Assembly (NCBI GenBank): GCA_951406725.2
Contig: OX597834.1
Location: 33,790,001 to 33,854,000, forward strand
Source: Octopus vulgaris
Taxonomy: Eukaryota
Direction: 5' to 3'
DNA: 64,000 nt
In this document: one piece after another, positions 12,412 to 25,039 of the stretch
How positions within the stretch are numbered: position 1 is the first letter of the stretch
How the letters are laid out: the number at the start of each line of letters is the position of its first letter
Notes under the pieces: generated by a model
What the model was told of the DNA's origin: nothing
Database searches by the model: none
Seen by the model: only the letters and a program-made list of their open reading frames with translations
Translations under genes and position numbers: made by a program

Positions 12412-12587
12412 TAAATAAATGCAGTTGAATGCAGATGCTATTCAAATTCTTTTACTCTTGACATATGTTTCGAAGACAACATTGGTTTTATTCCAAAGGA
12501 ATAAACGGTGTAAATGCAATCTTCTCATCAGGAAAGAAAGTAAAAGCATTTGAATAGCATCTGCGTTCAACTCCATTTATTTACTTA
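12408..12587 (-). ncRNA. Type I hammerhead ribozyme core with about 50-bp helix I
   Basis: Minus strand: CTGATGA (12531-12525), helix II GAAGA/TCTTC, GAAAC-ATAT-GTC (12471-12460); the flanks are inverted repeats with 3 mismatches over about 49 bp. Confidence 0.65.
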
Positions 12588-12734
12588 TACTATACAAATT
12601 ACTGCACATTAACCCGGAGTTTCTACCTTTGAATAGGTTGCTACATCCTTGTTACTTGCGTAAATTTTGCTACCCTGGTAACTGTTTACTGAATTTTCCA
12701 TGTTAACAGTAAACAAAAGATAATTCATTCATCC

Positions 12735-12779
<45 letters not shown>

Positions 12780-14190
12780 TTCGCATATACATATATTTTG
12801 TACAACAAGACACTTTTCCTGTCCCTCTATCATGCTTTAGCTCCTCAACAGCTGGCATAACGTCACATCCCTCAATACTGTACCCTCACTCTATCAAGGG
12901 GTGTTTTGTCTCGCAAGTTACTCGGTGACCTTACGAGTGCTGGTGCCACAAAAATAGCACCCAGTCCACTCTGTAAAGTGGCTGTCGAACCCATGCTAAC
13001 ATGGAATATGAGCATTAAATGATGATCAGGATTTGCAAATATGCATCTGTACACACACACACACACACACAGGTTTCTTTCAGTTTCCGTCTTCCAAATC
13101 TGCTCACAAGAATTGTGCGCGCCAGCCTGGGGCTTTAATAGAAGACACTTAACCAAGTTGCTGTGCAGTGGGATTGAATCCAGGGCCACATGGTTTGCTA
13201 AGCAGGTTTAACTATGCAGCTGTACCTACACACATACACATACACACACACATTTTAAAGCAAAACAGGAAAATGGAAATTTCTTAATATTATTTATTCT
13301 CCATAGGCAAATGAAATCAATAAAAATCAAAATCGATGACTGGCGTCCATACTAGCATGGTGCAAAGAGCACCATCCGAGTGTGATCGTTGCCAGAGCAG
13401 CCAACTGGCTTCCGTGCCAGTGGCACGTAAAAGGGCACCATTCGAGCGTGATCGTTACCAACGTTGCCTTACTGGCACCTGTGCTGGTGGCATGTGTAAA
13501 AGGATTCAAGCGGGGTCATTACCAGTACCACCTGTGCGGGTGGCACATAAAAAGCACCCACTACACTCTCGGAGTGGTTGGCATTAGGAAGGGCATTCAG
13601 CTGTAGAAACTCTGCCAAATCAAGATTGGAGCCTGGTGCAGCCATCTGGTTCGCCAGCCCTCAGTCAAAATCGTCCAACCCATGCTAGCATGGAAAGCAG
13701 ATGTTAAACGATGATGATATTGATTGAAGTAATGGAATAAGCAGATGTGCTTCAAGAGGGAACAGCTGGGATTTACTCTAAAGACTTATATAATTTATGT
13801 GTGTAGTAGCAAAGGTTATGAAGTTCACTTCACAACCACAAGATCCCAGGTTCAAGCCCACATTATGGCAACACCTGTTTCAGCACCTTATCCTGTATTC
13901 CCTTCTTCCCATGTTGCACATGTGTAATATTGTCTTGTGTTGCTTTATTATATTTTGGTCATGAAATATTTTCTTCTTTCTGTCCTAGTTGCTCAGATTA
14001 AACTATGTGTATTTTGTGTCCTATTTTTGTCCTACTAGTCCTTAACAGCTTTATCTGTCTCTTGATGCTGCTAGGATTAGCAATACCTGCCTCAAGGTAA
14101 CAAAACTGAGAATCTCTAGACAGAAGGGTATATTTTGTTTGTTGCATTTCATTTGTTATCACTTTCCATTTGTTTGTCCTTCATTTCTTT

Positions 14191-14460
14191 TGTGTGTGTG
14201 TATGTATGTGTGTGTGTGTATATATATGTATGTGTGTGTGTGTGTGTATGTGTGTGTGTGTGTATATATATGTATATATGTGTGTATATATGTGTGTATA
14301 TATGTGTATATATGTGTGTATATGTGTGTGTATATGTGTGTATATATATGTGTATATGTGTGTGTATATATGTGTATATGTGTGTGTATATATGTGTGTA
14401 TATATGTGTGTATATATGTGTATATATATGTGTGTGTGTATATATGTGTATATATATATA

Positions 14461-14491
<31 letters not shown>

Positions 14492-14535
14492 GTGTGTATA
14501 TATATATGTATATATATGTGTATATATGTATATAA
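14191..14535. repeat. (TG)/(TA) compound microsatellite
   Basis: Direct inspection. Confidence 0.95.
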
Positions 14536-14634
14536 ACTTATACATTTATACATATGTGTACGTGCACACATACATCCACCCTTTTTGAGCTGTTGCAACA
14601 ATTAGTGCAGTTAGTGTATTGTGATTTCTTTCAG

Positions 14635-15267
14635 GTGAATGACTTAGATGGTTACCTGAGGACAGCTTTGCATTATGCAGCCGAGAAAGACGAACAGTGC
14701 ATACTGATCTTACTGCAACATGGGGCAAACATAAATGCACGTGATGGCAGTGGCAACACCCCATTACACTGGGCCTCGTACAAGAACAAGATTGAATGTG
14801 TCCAGGTGTTATTGCAGCAGGGGGCTGACCCTGATGTCCGCAACGACAACAGTGACACCCCCCTCAGCTGGGCTGCACTGAAGGGGAACCTCAAGATCAT
14901 CCAACTACTTCTTGAATATAACGCTGATCTGTGCAACAGAAACACCAGGGGTTACACACCTTTAATGCAGGCTGCCTATGTCCAGAGTAGAGGGTTGAAC
15001 TGTTTGGACAACACAAGTCTTGAATTGTTAATTAAAGCTTCAGGTCCATCAGGTATGCACAGTAAATGTGTAGATTTGATTTCAGAGCTTTGTCAGGATA
15101 ACAAGGTGAAGAAGTTGCTATTGTCACTGTGTAGGAACCCTTGTGCGCTACAAAATCTTTGTTGTCTGGTCATACGTAAAGCCCTGGGTTACTGTTATCT
15201 ACCAGAGGTTATACCTAAACTACCCCTACCAACTCAATTACAAAAATTGCTCATGTTGCAAACCTAA
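14635..15267 (+). CDS. ASB8: ASB8 coding exon 2 (ankyrin repeats + SOCS box, 210 aa)
   Basis: Acceptor tttcag|GTG; VNDLDGYLRTALHYAAEKDE..GNTPLHWA..DTPLSWAALKGN; SOCS box PCALQNLCCLVIRKALG...LPLPTQLQKLL*; spliced product 287 aa. Confidence 0.95.
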   Translation: MNDLDGYLRTALHYAAEKDEQCILILLQHGANINARDGSGNTPLHWASYKNKIECVQVLLQQGADPDVRNDNSDTPLSWAALKGNLKIIQLLLEYNADLCNRNTRGYTPLMQAAYVQSRGLNCLDNTSLELLIKASGPSGMHSKCVDLISELCQDNKVKKLLLSLCRNPCALQNLCCLVIRKALGYCYLPEVIPKLPLPTQLQKLLMLQT

Positions 15268-15719
15268 GCATTGACATGGCTTCATGACTCCTTTTTTTGA
15301 CAATGGTTGAACAATGAGTGAGTGCGATACATATGAATGTGATTTCTCTCTCTTCATCTCTCTCTCATCCCTATCTCCCTTTCTCTTTCACTTATTACTC
15401 CCTCTCTCTTTTCGTTCTCTCACCCCTATCTCCCTTCCTCTCATCCCTATCTCCTCTCTATCCCTTTTTCCTCCCCTCTCAAATACCATTTATCTTACCA
15501 TCTATTTCTCACCCTGTTCTTCACATAAACCCATAAGGATCAGTTTTTAGCTACCTCCTGCCCTTCCTTGACCCTCATTTGGTTCCATCATTCCAGATTC
15601 TCTTCAGGCTTCATCTGCAATCTGCTACAAGCATCATGTGATGAAAGTAACCCCCAATAAACTGAAGGGACCAACTTGTTTGCTTCTTGGTTTGGATGGA
15701 TCAGAGGTGATTTGTTGTA

Positions 15720-16570
15720 AGCCCTCTTTTTCTAATAGCTCCCACTGCTTTATATATTAGGCCGCTCTTCTAAGGCCTCTTTCTACTCTATATCATATAA
15801 AGCACTCTTCTAAGGCTCTTTCTGCCCTTTCTAATTTCACTTCTAAGGTTTCTTCTGTCCTCTATAATAAAGCTCCCTTTTAAGGCTCCTTCTGTCCTTT
15901 ATAATAAAACTCTCTTCTAAGGCCAATTCTGCCCTGTAACACACTCTTAAAGCTCCTTCTGTTCCTGTATAATAAATCTCAATTCTAAGGCTTTTTCTGT
16001 CCTCAATAATAAGGCATCATTTCACTATTCTAAGACCCCCTTCTGTCCTGTATTATAAAGCATACTTTTAAGTCTCCTGTCCAGTGCAATAAAGCTCTCT
16101 TTTAAGGCTCCTCCTGTCCTATATAATAAAGCTCTTTTAAGGCTCCTTCTGTCCTATATAATAAAGCCCTCTTCTAAGGCTCCTTCTGTCCTATATAATA
16201 AAGCCCTCTTCTAAGGCTCCTTCTGTCCTATATAATAAAGCACTCTTCTAAGGCTCCTTCTGTCCTATATAATAAAGCCCTCTTCTAAGGCTCCTTCTGT
16301 CCTATATAATAAAGCCCTCTTCTAAGGCTCCTTCTGTCCTATATAATAAAGCCCTCTTCTAAGGCTCCTTCTGTCCTATATAATAAAGCCCTCTTCTAAG
16401 GCTCCTTCTGTCCTATATAATAAAGCTCTCTTTTAAAGCCCCTTCTGTCCTGTATCATGGAGCACTCTTTTAATGTGCCCTCTCTTGTACATATTAGAGC
16501 AGTCTTTTAAGGCCCTTTCTTCTGTATATAATAAAGCAATGTTATCAGGCCCTTTCTCTTGTATACAACA
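15720..16570 (+). repeat. 37-bp minisatellite, most units containing AATAAA
   Basis: GGCTCCTTCTGTCCTATATAATAAAGCCCTCTTCTAA; units at 16141, 16178 etc.; near-perfect over 16104-16440 and degenerate towards both edges. Confidence 0.92.
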
Positions 16571-16718
16571 GCGTTTATTGTAAGCCTCTATGCATGTATA
16601 GTGATTCCTTTCCTTACAAAATCTGTTGCAATAAATGTAATTCTGGCTTTGAACAATAAAAGAAGAAAACAATGTATAGATTTATTTTACTTAAACTACT
16701 CTTGTCAGTCATTAATTA

Positions 16719-16759
<41 letters not shown>

Positions 16760-17214
16760 GTGAGCCAAAAGTCATACACTAAAACATTTGTCATTTTATT
16801 TATATTAACATTATTATTATTATTATTATTACCTCTGCCTTAGCGAAGGTGGAGGTATTGTTTCCATTTGTGTCTGTTTGTCCATGGACAAGATATCTCA
16901 AGAACCACTGGATGGATTCGGATGAAACTTTCAGGGATGTTTGGCCCCGTGACTGGCATGAACTGATTAGATTTTGGGATCAATCCGGTACTGGACAAGG
17001 ATTTTGAATTATTTTTCCTGTTTTTTTTTTTACTTAATTTTTGAGAGCAGACAGGTTCATTTTTAGTATTCTTGTTTGTGAGAGCAGTTGAGTTTGTTTC
17101 AGATATTCTCATTTTAAAAATCATCTCCGATTAATTGTTGAGAGGATGTTGATGTTGCCTTGGCAGAGGTTTGCGCTCTCTGAGTGCTCTTATTATTATT
17201 ATCATTATTATTAA

Positions 17215-17660
17215 AGTTGATTAGCTGGCAGAATTATTAGCACCCCAAACAAAATGCTTAGTTGCATTTCACCTGTCTTAACATTCTGAGTTCAAATTCC
17301 GCTGAGGTTGACTTTGCCTTTCATCCTTCAAGGGTCAATGAATTAAGTACCCATCAAGTGCTGGGGTTGGTGTAATCAACCATCCCTCTCCTCAGAAATT
17401 CCAGGCCTTGTACCTTTAGTAGAAAGGATTATTATTATTGTTATTAAGGTAGCAAGCTTTCAGAATCGTTAGCATGTGCCAGGTAAAATGCTTAGCAGCA
17501 TTTTACTGATCTTGACGTTTCTGAGTTCAAATTCCAAGGTGCTTTCATCCTTTTGGGTTAAATGAAATGAGTATCAGTTGAGCACTGGGGTCGATGTAAT
17601 CGACTTACTCCCCTCCACTAGAATTGCTGGCCTTGTGCCAAAATTTGAAATTATTATCAT
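17215..17660 (+). mobile_element. Two tandem family A SINEs
   Basis: Head/core/(ATT)n structure present twice. Confidence 0.7.
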
Positions 17661-18189
17661 TCATTTTGTTCATTTACAAGTAGTATGTGTATTCATCATT
17701 AGTTTATTTTAATTTTAGAAAAATTGAATCATGTCTTTAACAATTCTGGAGCGTATTGAATTTATTTTGTGTGTGACTTTTAGCCCACTCTGTATATGTG
17801 TATATATATATTTACAAAATGTTCTCTGTGTGTGTGTGTGTGTGGCACATAAAAGACACCATCTGAGCGTGATCATTACCAGTATCGCCTTACTGGCACC
17901 TGTGCCAGTGGCATGTGTAAAAGATTCGTGCAAGGTCGTTGCTAGTACCGCCTGACTGGCCCCGTGCCGGTGACACGTAAAAACACCCACTACACTCTTG
18001 GAGTGGTTGGCGCTAGGAAGGGCATCCAGCTGTAGAAACTCTGCCAGATCAAGATTGAAGCCTGGTGCAGCCATCTGGTTCGCCAGCCCTCAGTCATTTC
18101 GGCTGATATACCCTCCAGCCTTCAGCAGGTGTCTTGGGAAAATTTCGAACCTGGGTTCTCATTCCTAAGGTATTTTTCAATATTATTAT

Positions 18190-18880
18190 TGGAAACCTGT
18201 GGAAGAGGTAGACCCAGGAAGACCTGGGATGAGGTGGTAAAGCATGACCTTCGAACATTGGGCCTCACCAAGGCAATGACCAGTGACCGAGACCTTTGGA
18301 GATATGCTGTGCATGAGAAGACTCGACAAGCCAAGTGAGACCATAACCCGTGGCCTATGCCAGTGGTGTATAACCAGCTCTCTTATGAGTACCTTTCATT
18401 CATTGGACAAGAAACTTTGCTTGCGAAGACCTGTTGAGGCAAGTGAAATCAAAATTGCTGACGTGGCTGATGACAGTACCACCTCATTGACACTCATGCC
18501 AGTGGAACATTAAAAGCACCATCCAAGCATGATTGTTGTCAGGGTCACTGACTGGCTCCCGTGCTGGTGGCACGTAAAAAGCACTATTTGAGCATGATCA
18601 TTACCAGTGTCACCTTACTGGCACATGTGCCGTTGGCATGTGAAAAACATTTGAGCGTAGTTGTTACTAGTGGTACCACCTGACTGGCACTCATGCCAGG
18701 AGCACGTAAAAGCACCCACTACACTCTTGGAGTGGTTGGTGTTAGGAAGGGCATCCAGCTGTAGAAACACTGCCAGATCAGACTGGAACCTGGTGCAGCC
18801 TTCTGGCTCACCAATCTTCAGTCAAACCGTCCAACCCATGTCAGCATGGAAAGCGGACATTAAATGATGATGATGATTAT
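18190..18880 (+). mobile_element. RTE-type LINE 3' end
   Basis: TCGRGRPRKTWDEVVKHDLRTLGL...DRDLWRYAV (RTE-clade C-terminal motif), then a repeat-rich 3'UTR and (TGA)n tail. Confidence 0.8.
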
Positions 18881-19824
18881 TATTGTTCAGGTCACTGCCT
18901 GGAATTGAACTCAGAATCTTGGAGTTAGTAGCCCGTGCTCTTAACCACTACGCCATATACCCGTGATGAAAGCTGGAGAGTATATCAGCCGAAACATTGT
19001 GTTAACAACAAACACGATGAGGACAAATATCTGTCAAATGTAAATAATTCTTCATCTCTTCAATATAGAACCGTCTCTGCATTGGATGTTCAGATGTTCC
19101 AAGTACAGCTGGAGGCTTAAAACCTTTATCCTTCAGCTTATTCTGGCAAATCCAATGCTTATTCATTCACATTGATTTGAATTAATCCTGCATTATCTCT
19201 CAGCTTTGAGATTTCGATGATGTGATTGCTTACTTTTAGAATGACATTGTAGGGTAGGTGTGAGAGGCCAGATCTGGTCAGTTTGACCATAAAATAGGTA
19301 GAACATTTGGGGCTGGATTATGACCGGTTTAAATGCTAAACGGTTACCCATTATTACATCCTGTGTAGTATTCCAAACAGTCACAATGGTTAAACCTACA
19401 GAGGAACTAATAATACTTTCTGTTAAATTTTAGTGCCTGAAATTTTGGTGGTGGGGGGGACTAGTTGATTACATCGACCTCCAGTGTTTCACTGAAAGGA
19501 AGCCTAAGTGGAATTTGAACTCAGAACATAAAGTCAGATGAAATGTCTCTAAGCATTTTGTCTGGTGTGCTAACGAACATAGGAACTAATAATACCATTA
19601 TATGTTGATCATAATTTCGTGCACACACACACATATAGGATTTCTCTCTCTCACTTGTTTCAGTCATTTGACTGCGGCCATGCTGGAGCACCACCTTTAG
19701 TCAAGCAAATTGACATCCGGGACTTGTTCTTTGTAAGCCTAGTACTTATTCTATCAGTCTCTTTTGTCGAACCGCTAAGTTGCGGAGACACAAACGCACC
19801 AGCATCCAGTAATGGATTGCCTAA

Positions 19825-20125
19825 ATCTAGGGTACCTGCTTACAACTAGATGGACTGTACCCATGACAGCAGGAGATTTGATTTACCATAAATTCATGGT
19901 ACCCACTTAGAGCTAGGTAGACTGTACCTCTCTGTGACAGTAATGGATTACATTAACCCACAGCATCTACTTACAGCTAGATGGACTGTACCTAGATGTG
20001 ACAGCTGTGTCTTTTATAAAGCCATGTTACTTACATGTAGCTAGGTGGATTGTACCTCACTGACATTGGTGGATTGGATAAAGCTGTGGTACCTACTTAC
20101 AACTAAGTGGTTGTACCTCATTGTG
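19825..20125. repeat. Degenerate about 60-bp tandem repeat
   Basis: GGTACCTACTTACAGCTAGGTGGACTGTACC-like motif recurs about 5 times. Confidence 0.65.
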
Positions 20126-20163
20126 GAACCTAGTTACTGAGACCCTCCTGTCATACATAATTA

Positions 20164-21407
20164 TTGGGTCATCCCATAAATATTTTTCAAAATTAAGATA
20201 AAGTTCTTTTTGCAAACTCAAATATACTCTCCTTCATTTTCTACAATGCTCTTCCATCTATATGGTAGACTTGCAAGGCCCCTCTCCCAAAATTCACTTG
20301 TCTGTGATGAAAAATACTCTTCCAGTCCTGTCCTGACCTAGTGTACAGAATTCATATTTTCTCTGTCCAAATGATTTTGAAGATTGAGGAATAAATGATA
20401 ATCAGATGGGGCAGTGACTGGTGAATATGGTGGGGGGGACATCGTTTCCCATTCAAACTGCTCCAGCTTTTGGAATGTCATCGTCACAGTAAGTGGCTGA
20501 GCATAATCCTGATGGAAGACCACCTTTTGTCTTGAAACCTAAGATGGTCATTTTCCTTCTAGCATTAACTTAAGCTACTCAAGCTGCTCACAGTAGATCT
20601 CCTTTGTTATCATATGGTTTGGGTTTAAAAGTTCAGAATAGACTAAGCCTTTCATATCCCACCAAACAGATAACACCTTACGTGGGTGATGACCTTCTTT
20701 AGCCTGGGGTGCCAGTATCCCCCCTTTCCCTACCCACTGTCTTCAGTACTTGACATTTTTATAGAGAACCCATTTCTTGTCACCAGTCACTATTCAGTCC
20801 CCAAAAGGTTCATTTGTGAGGTGTGACAGCAAAGAAGAGCACACATTCACCCTCTGTGCATGATTAGACTCAGAAAGTTTGTGAGGAACCCATTGACCCA
20901 TTTGCTGACTTTTCCAGTGGCATGCAGGTGTTGATGAATGGTTGAATGACCAAATCCAAGCTCCTCTCCTAGTTCCTTAACAGTTATGATGGGATTTCGT
21001 TCCACCAGAGTTTGCAGGATGTCCTTGTCCAGCTCTGAAGATCTTCCAGGACAAGGCTCATCTTCTAGGCTGTAGTTTCCGACTTGGAATTTCTGGAACC
21101 ACCACTGACACCAGCTTATGCTTATTGTCCAATCCCCATATACTGCATTAATATTCCTCGCACTTTCCATTGCGTTGTTGCCTTTATTGAACTCATAAAG
21201 CAAAATATGCCCCTTTCTCATTTCCATTATAGCTTTGAAAAAATGACTGTTAAAATCGAACTGCACTCTTCAAAACTTGCACTAAGAATAAGCACATGGT
21301 AAAATTACTACCTGCTTTTATAGCAAGTTGATGCAGGTAGTTTATCCCGTCCCTCTCTGACTTTTAGTTCATGCATCTGAAAAAACCGCATTTATGGGAT
21401 GACCCAA
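20164..21407 (-). mobile_element. Full-length decayed mariner transposon
   Basis: TIRs TTGGGTCATCCCATAAAT with flanking TA at both ends; HTH ORF 20847-21266 (..WFQKFQVGNYSLEDEPCPGR) and catalytic fragment FHQDYA..PPYSPVTAPSDYHLF. Confidence 0.93.
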
Positions 21408-21896
21408 TACGACTTAGGTAGACAAGGCTGTCTCTGGTTGCTATTGTTTAACTCCATGCTACCCTTTATCAAGCAGATTTATGATGAAAGGCATTCCAAC
21501 AAAGGCAACCCAGTTTTTTTATATCTAGGACAATATTGAACTCTGAATTCAAGCCATGGCATGTCTTTCAGTTGCTAATTTCTTGTTTGGGGTCACACGT
21601 CTCACAGATGATTGCAGTGCCAAACTGATAGGTTTCCTAGACCCAGATTCATAAAAGTGTAATTTGTTCTGTGAAGTGGGAAGAAATCCCAAAACAGTAT
21701 TTCTTTATGCTTTGCACTTTATTCTTTTGACCAGATGATGAGGACTATATTATCATGTCCTTTTAATAATATAGCCAGTTGTTTGTCATGATGACAACAG
21801 AGAGCAAAGCCGTTTCTTGTGTTGAGCAACAATAGCAGAGTTGGGTCAAATGTGTCCATAGATTTATTTGATCTTATGCTCGTGCCAGGAGATATT

Positions 21897-22346
21897 TTAA
21901 CCATTTTGACCCTAATTCACCTCTGCTTGTGAGACTGCCCCTGTTTCTTATTTCTTTATTGCCCACAAGGGGTTAAACATAGAGGGGACAGACAAAGGGA
22001 TTAAGTCTATTACATCGACCCCAGTGCGTAATTGGTACTTAATTTATCGACCCTGGAAGGATGAAAGGCAAAGTCGACCTCGGTGGAATTTGAACTCAAC
22101 ATAACGGCAGACGAAATACTGCTAAGCATTTCGCCCAGCATGCTAAAGTTTCTGCCAACTCGCCGCCTTGTTTCTGTGATGCAAAATTCCTGCTTTGCAT
22201 TGACATCAGTTAAAACCTTCCATCAAACTTTCATATTAGTTTATGTTCCAAACACCAGATTAATACACTAGTTTCTTCGTTATTTTCAAAATTAATTGAA
22301 ATAAACGCAGTGTATTTCAATGGAATTATGGTGACAAAAGGGTTAA
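21897..22346. mobile_element. TTAA-bounded MITE (piggyBac/Kolobok-like) with a nested family A SINE (about 21950-22168, -)
   Basis: TTAACCATTTTGAC ... GACAAAAGGGTTAA ends; similar elements at 19117-19346, 42207-42660, 47305-47512, 62899-63120. Confidence 0.55.
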
Positions 22347-22544
22347 GCCATTATGAGTAGTTTGGTGTACATTCCATCAAGGCAATTGCCAAGCTCTCAT
22401 TTCATAGCCCAGCTTTTAGCCTCATAGAGAACAATGCTTTCTGCTTATGCTCTGCAAAACACTAGACTTGTTCACTTAGAAATGCATGACTGCCAGATTT
22501 TGTGACTGGCACTCCAGCCATGCTAGAAAGAGAGAGCAACATTG

Positions 22545-23060
22545 TATAGCAAAGAATATTTGACTGAAAAATATTAGTTGTTGCCCCAGGGTGGTAGTGC
22601 AGTATTTTTATAGGGAGTAGCAGATTGTAGAAAAAATTCATTATGGTTTATTTGACTGAGAAATGTAGCTCCATGATGGATCTATAATGTAGAAAGAATT
22701 TATCAAAATTCATTTCATGAAAGAAAGTTCGCTGTTGCCCCAGACTGATAATACCGTATTTTTAAAAGGAGTAGTGAATTGTAGAAATAATTGAACAAAG
22801 TTTATTTCACTGAAGAATGTTATTGTCGCCCCAGAATGGTAATACAATATTTTTAAAGGGAGCAGCACAATGTAGAAAGAATTTATTCAAAGTTTATTTG
22901 ACAAAATAAAGTTAGCTGTTGCTCCAGTATGGTAATATTGTAGTTTTATAGGTTGTAGTAAAAGGGTAGAAATTTTTACTGAAGAATGTTACTGTTGTCC
23001 ATGTATGGGGTTACAGTATTTTTGAAAGGGAGCAACGCAGTGTAGAAATAAAAACAATTG
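22545..23060. repeat. Degenerate about 90-bp tandem repeat, about 6 copies
   Basis: Recurring TGTTGCCCCAG..TGGTAATA..GTATTTTT.AAGGGAG.AG...TGTAGAAA. Confidence 0.7.
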
Positions 23061-25039
23061 AACAACAGAATAATGGGTCATACATTTACTGAAAATCCAT
23101 ACAAATTGATAGATATGACATGGTAATGCTGCACAGGCACACTTGCGCACATTCATACACACAAGTATCCACGCATGTGCGTGTGTGTGTGCTTGCATGT
23201 ATATGTATATATATATTTTTATTTATATATCGTATATATACCCACACACATACTCACACACATACACCTCCTTCGTTTTCTCTCTCTCTCCCCTTTCATT
23301 TAAATGTCAGCCTTATCAATTGATCTATGTAAGACCTTCTCTAAAAAAAGAAAAAAAGGTGGACACAAAATGAAAGGAAGGAAAAAGTATTGTCTGAAAT
23401 ATTTAAAGAAATCAATAAATAATCTTTGTTAATCAAACTCTAAGCGAGTAGAACAACAAAAGGTGAAGAACTGCTGAAACTAAGGTGATTCAAAAAGGAA
23501 ATCTTTTTTTTTTTTTAAAGAAAAAAAAGAGGGTTGGTTTGTGAAAAGGATGAATTTCTAGTAGAGTTTTAACAAAGAGGTCTACATGTGTCTGTGGATT
23601 CTTTTATTCGTTTCAGCTGGGTAGCTGTGGTCATGCTGGAGCACGATTTGTAATTTAGTTAATTTTTTTTATTTCCACTTTTTTTTTTTAATTTCTAAAA
23701 ATCCATTTTCTGTGGAACAAGATATCATCAAGAACTAGAAAAAAAAAAAAAATCAAACTAGTCAAATCCGTTTATTGTTTATCGGAATCAGAAATTGTTG
23801 CAGTTGGTGTAGGAAGAGGCAAGATTGTTTTAAGAAATAAAATCAGAGTAAAATAGTAAACAGCTACACATGAAAAGGAGAAATTGCCTTGACCCAGGGG
23901 CCGCTCTCCAAAATGAAATAGTTCTTTTGAAAAATTATTCAGTTCAACATCTTTTCATTTTGTTTCTTTTTCTTCATCTTTATTCTTCTTAAAAACTTTA
24001 CAGTGTATACCGCTTCTCCCATGTCCATCAACTATACATTTTATATATATATCTATATATATATACACACATACACACATCACATACATACATACATATA
24101 TATATATACATATATATATATACACATATATGTTTGTCCGTCCATCCAATGTATACATATACTGTGATTTTACAGGATGAAATATATCAAAAGTAAACAA
24201 TACAATATTAATAATAATAATTAGTAGTAGTAATAATAGTAATAATAATATTAATGATAATAATTTCCTTAAATAGGCACAAGGCCTCAAATTTGGGAGG
24301 GGGAATAGTCAAAAACTATCGACCCCAGTACTTGCCTGGTACTTTATTTTATTGATCCCCCTGAAAGGACAAAAGGCAAAGTTGGCCTTGATGGGATTTG
24401 AACACAGAAATAAAGGGCTGGAATAAATATTGTAAAGTATTTACTCCGCCACTTGAATAAATTTTTGTTTTTTGTTTTTTACCACCCAAGATTTGAGAAA
24501 AATATTTCAATCAGGAAATTATTTTAATAAAGCAATTTTGTTTATATTATTATTATTACAAAAAAAAAAAAAATATATATATATCTATAATTACAAATAG
24601 TGAATTCTAATAAAATATTAATTCTATAATTTGGAATTTTAAACATGAAATTAATAGAATTTTTGAAAATAGAAAAAAAAAAAAGGAAAACATTTTTTTG
24701 TGTAAATGCTAATCATCATCAAATTAAAGTCATTTAGAAGACAATATTTTTTTTCCAAATCTTAAGAGTATATTTACTAAAAATATGAAGGAAATCTGGT
24801 TTGTAACTGATTTATTTATTTATTGAATTAGCACGAGGTTCCCAGGGGATTACTGGTACTATTGTATCGAGTTCCAATCATATAGAAAGCAAAGTATAAA
24901 AACCTATCAGGATTTGATCTCTGAACGTCATGTTGAAGGATGGAACGATACATGACAGATAGTTAGGTACTTTCTTGTCCAATTTCTACCAAATTTGCTG
25001 CCTTCTAATTAGCACTAATACTAATTAAAATTAATAAGA

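Noticed and set aside
14135-14605. Several 120-156 aa C/V/Y/I ORFs (and similar ones at 30.5, 39, 48.6 and 58.1-58.8 kb)
   Set aside because: Microsatellite translations
15720-16570. CRISPR-like 37-bp repeat array
   Set aside because: Units are directly adjacent with no unique spacers, no cas genes, and the context is eukaryotic
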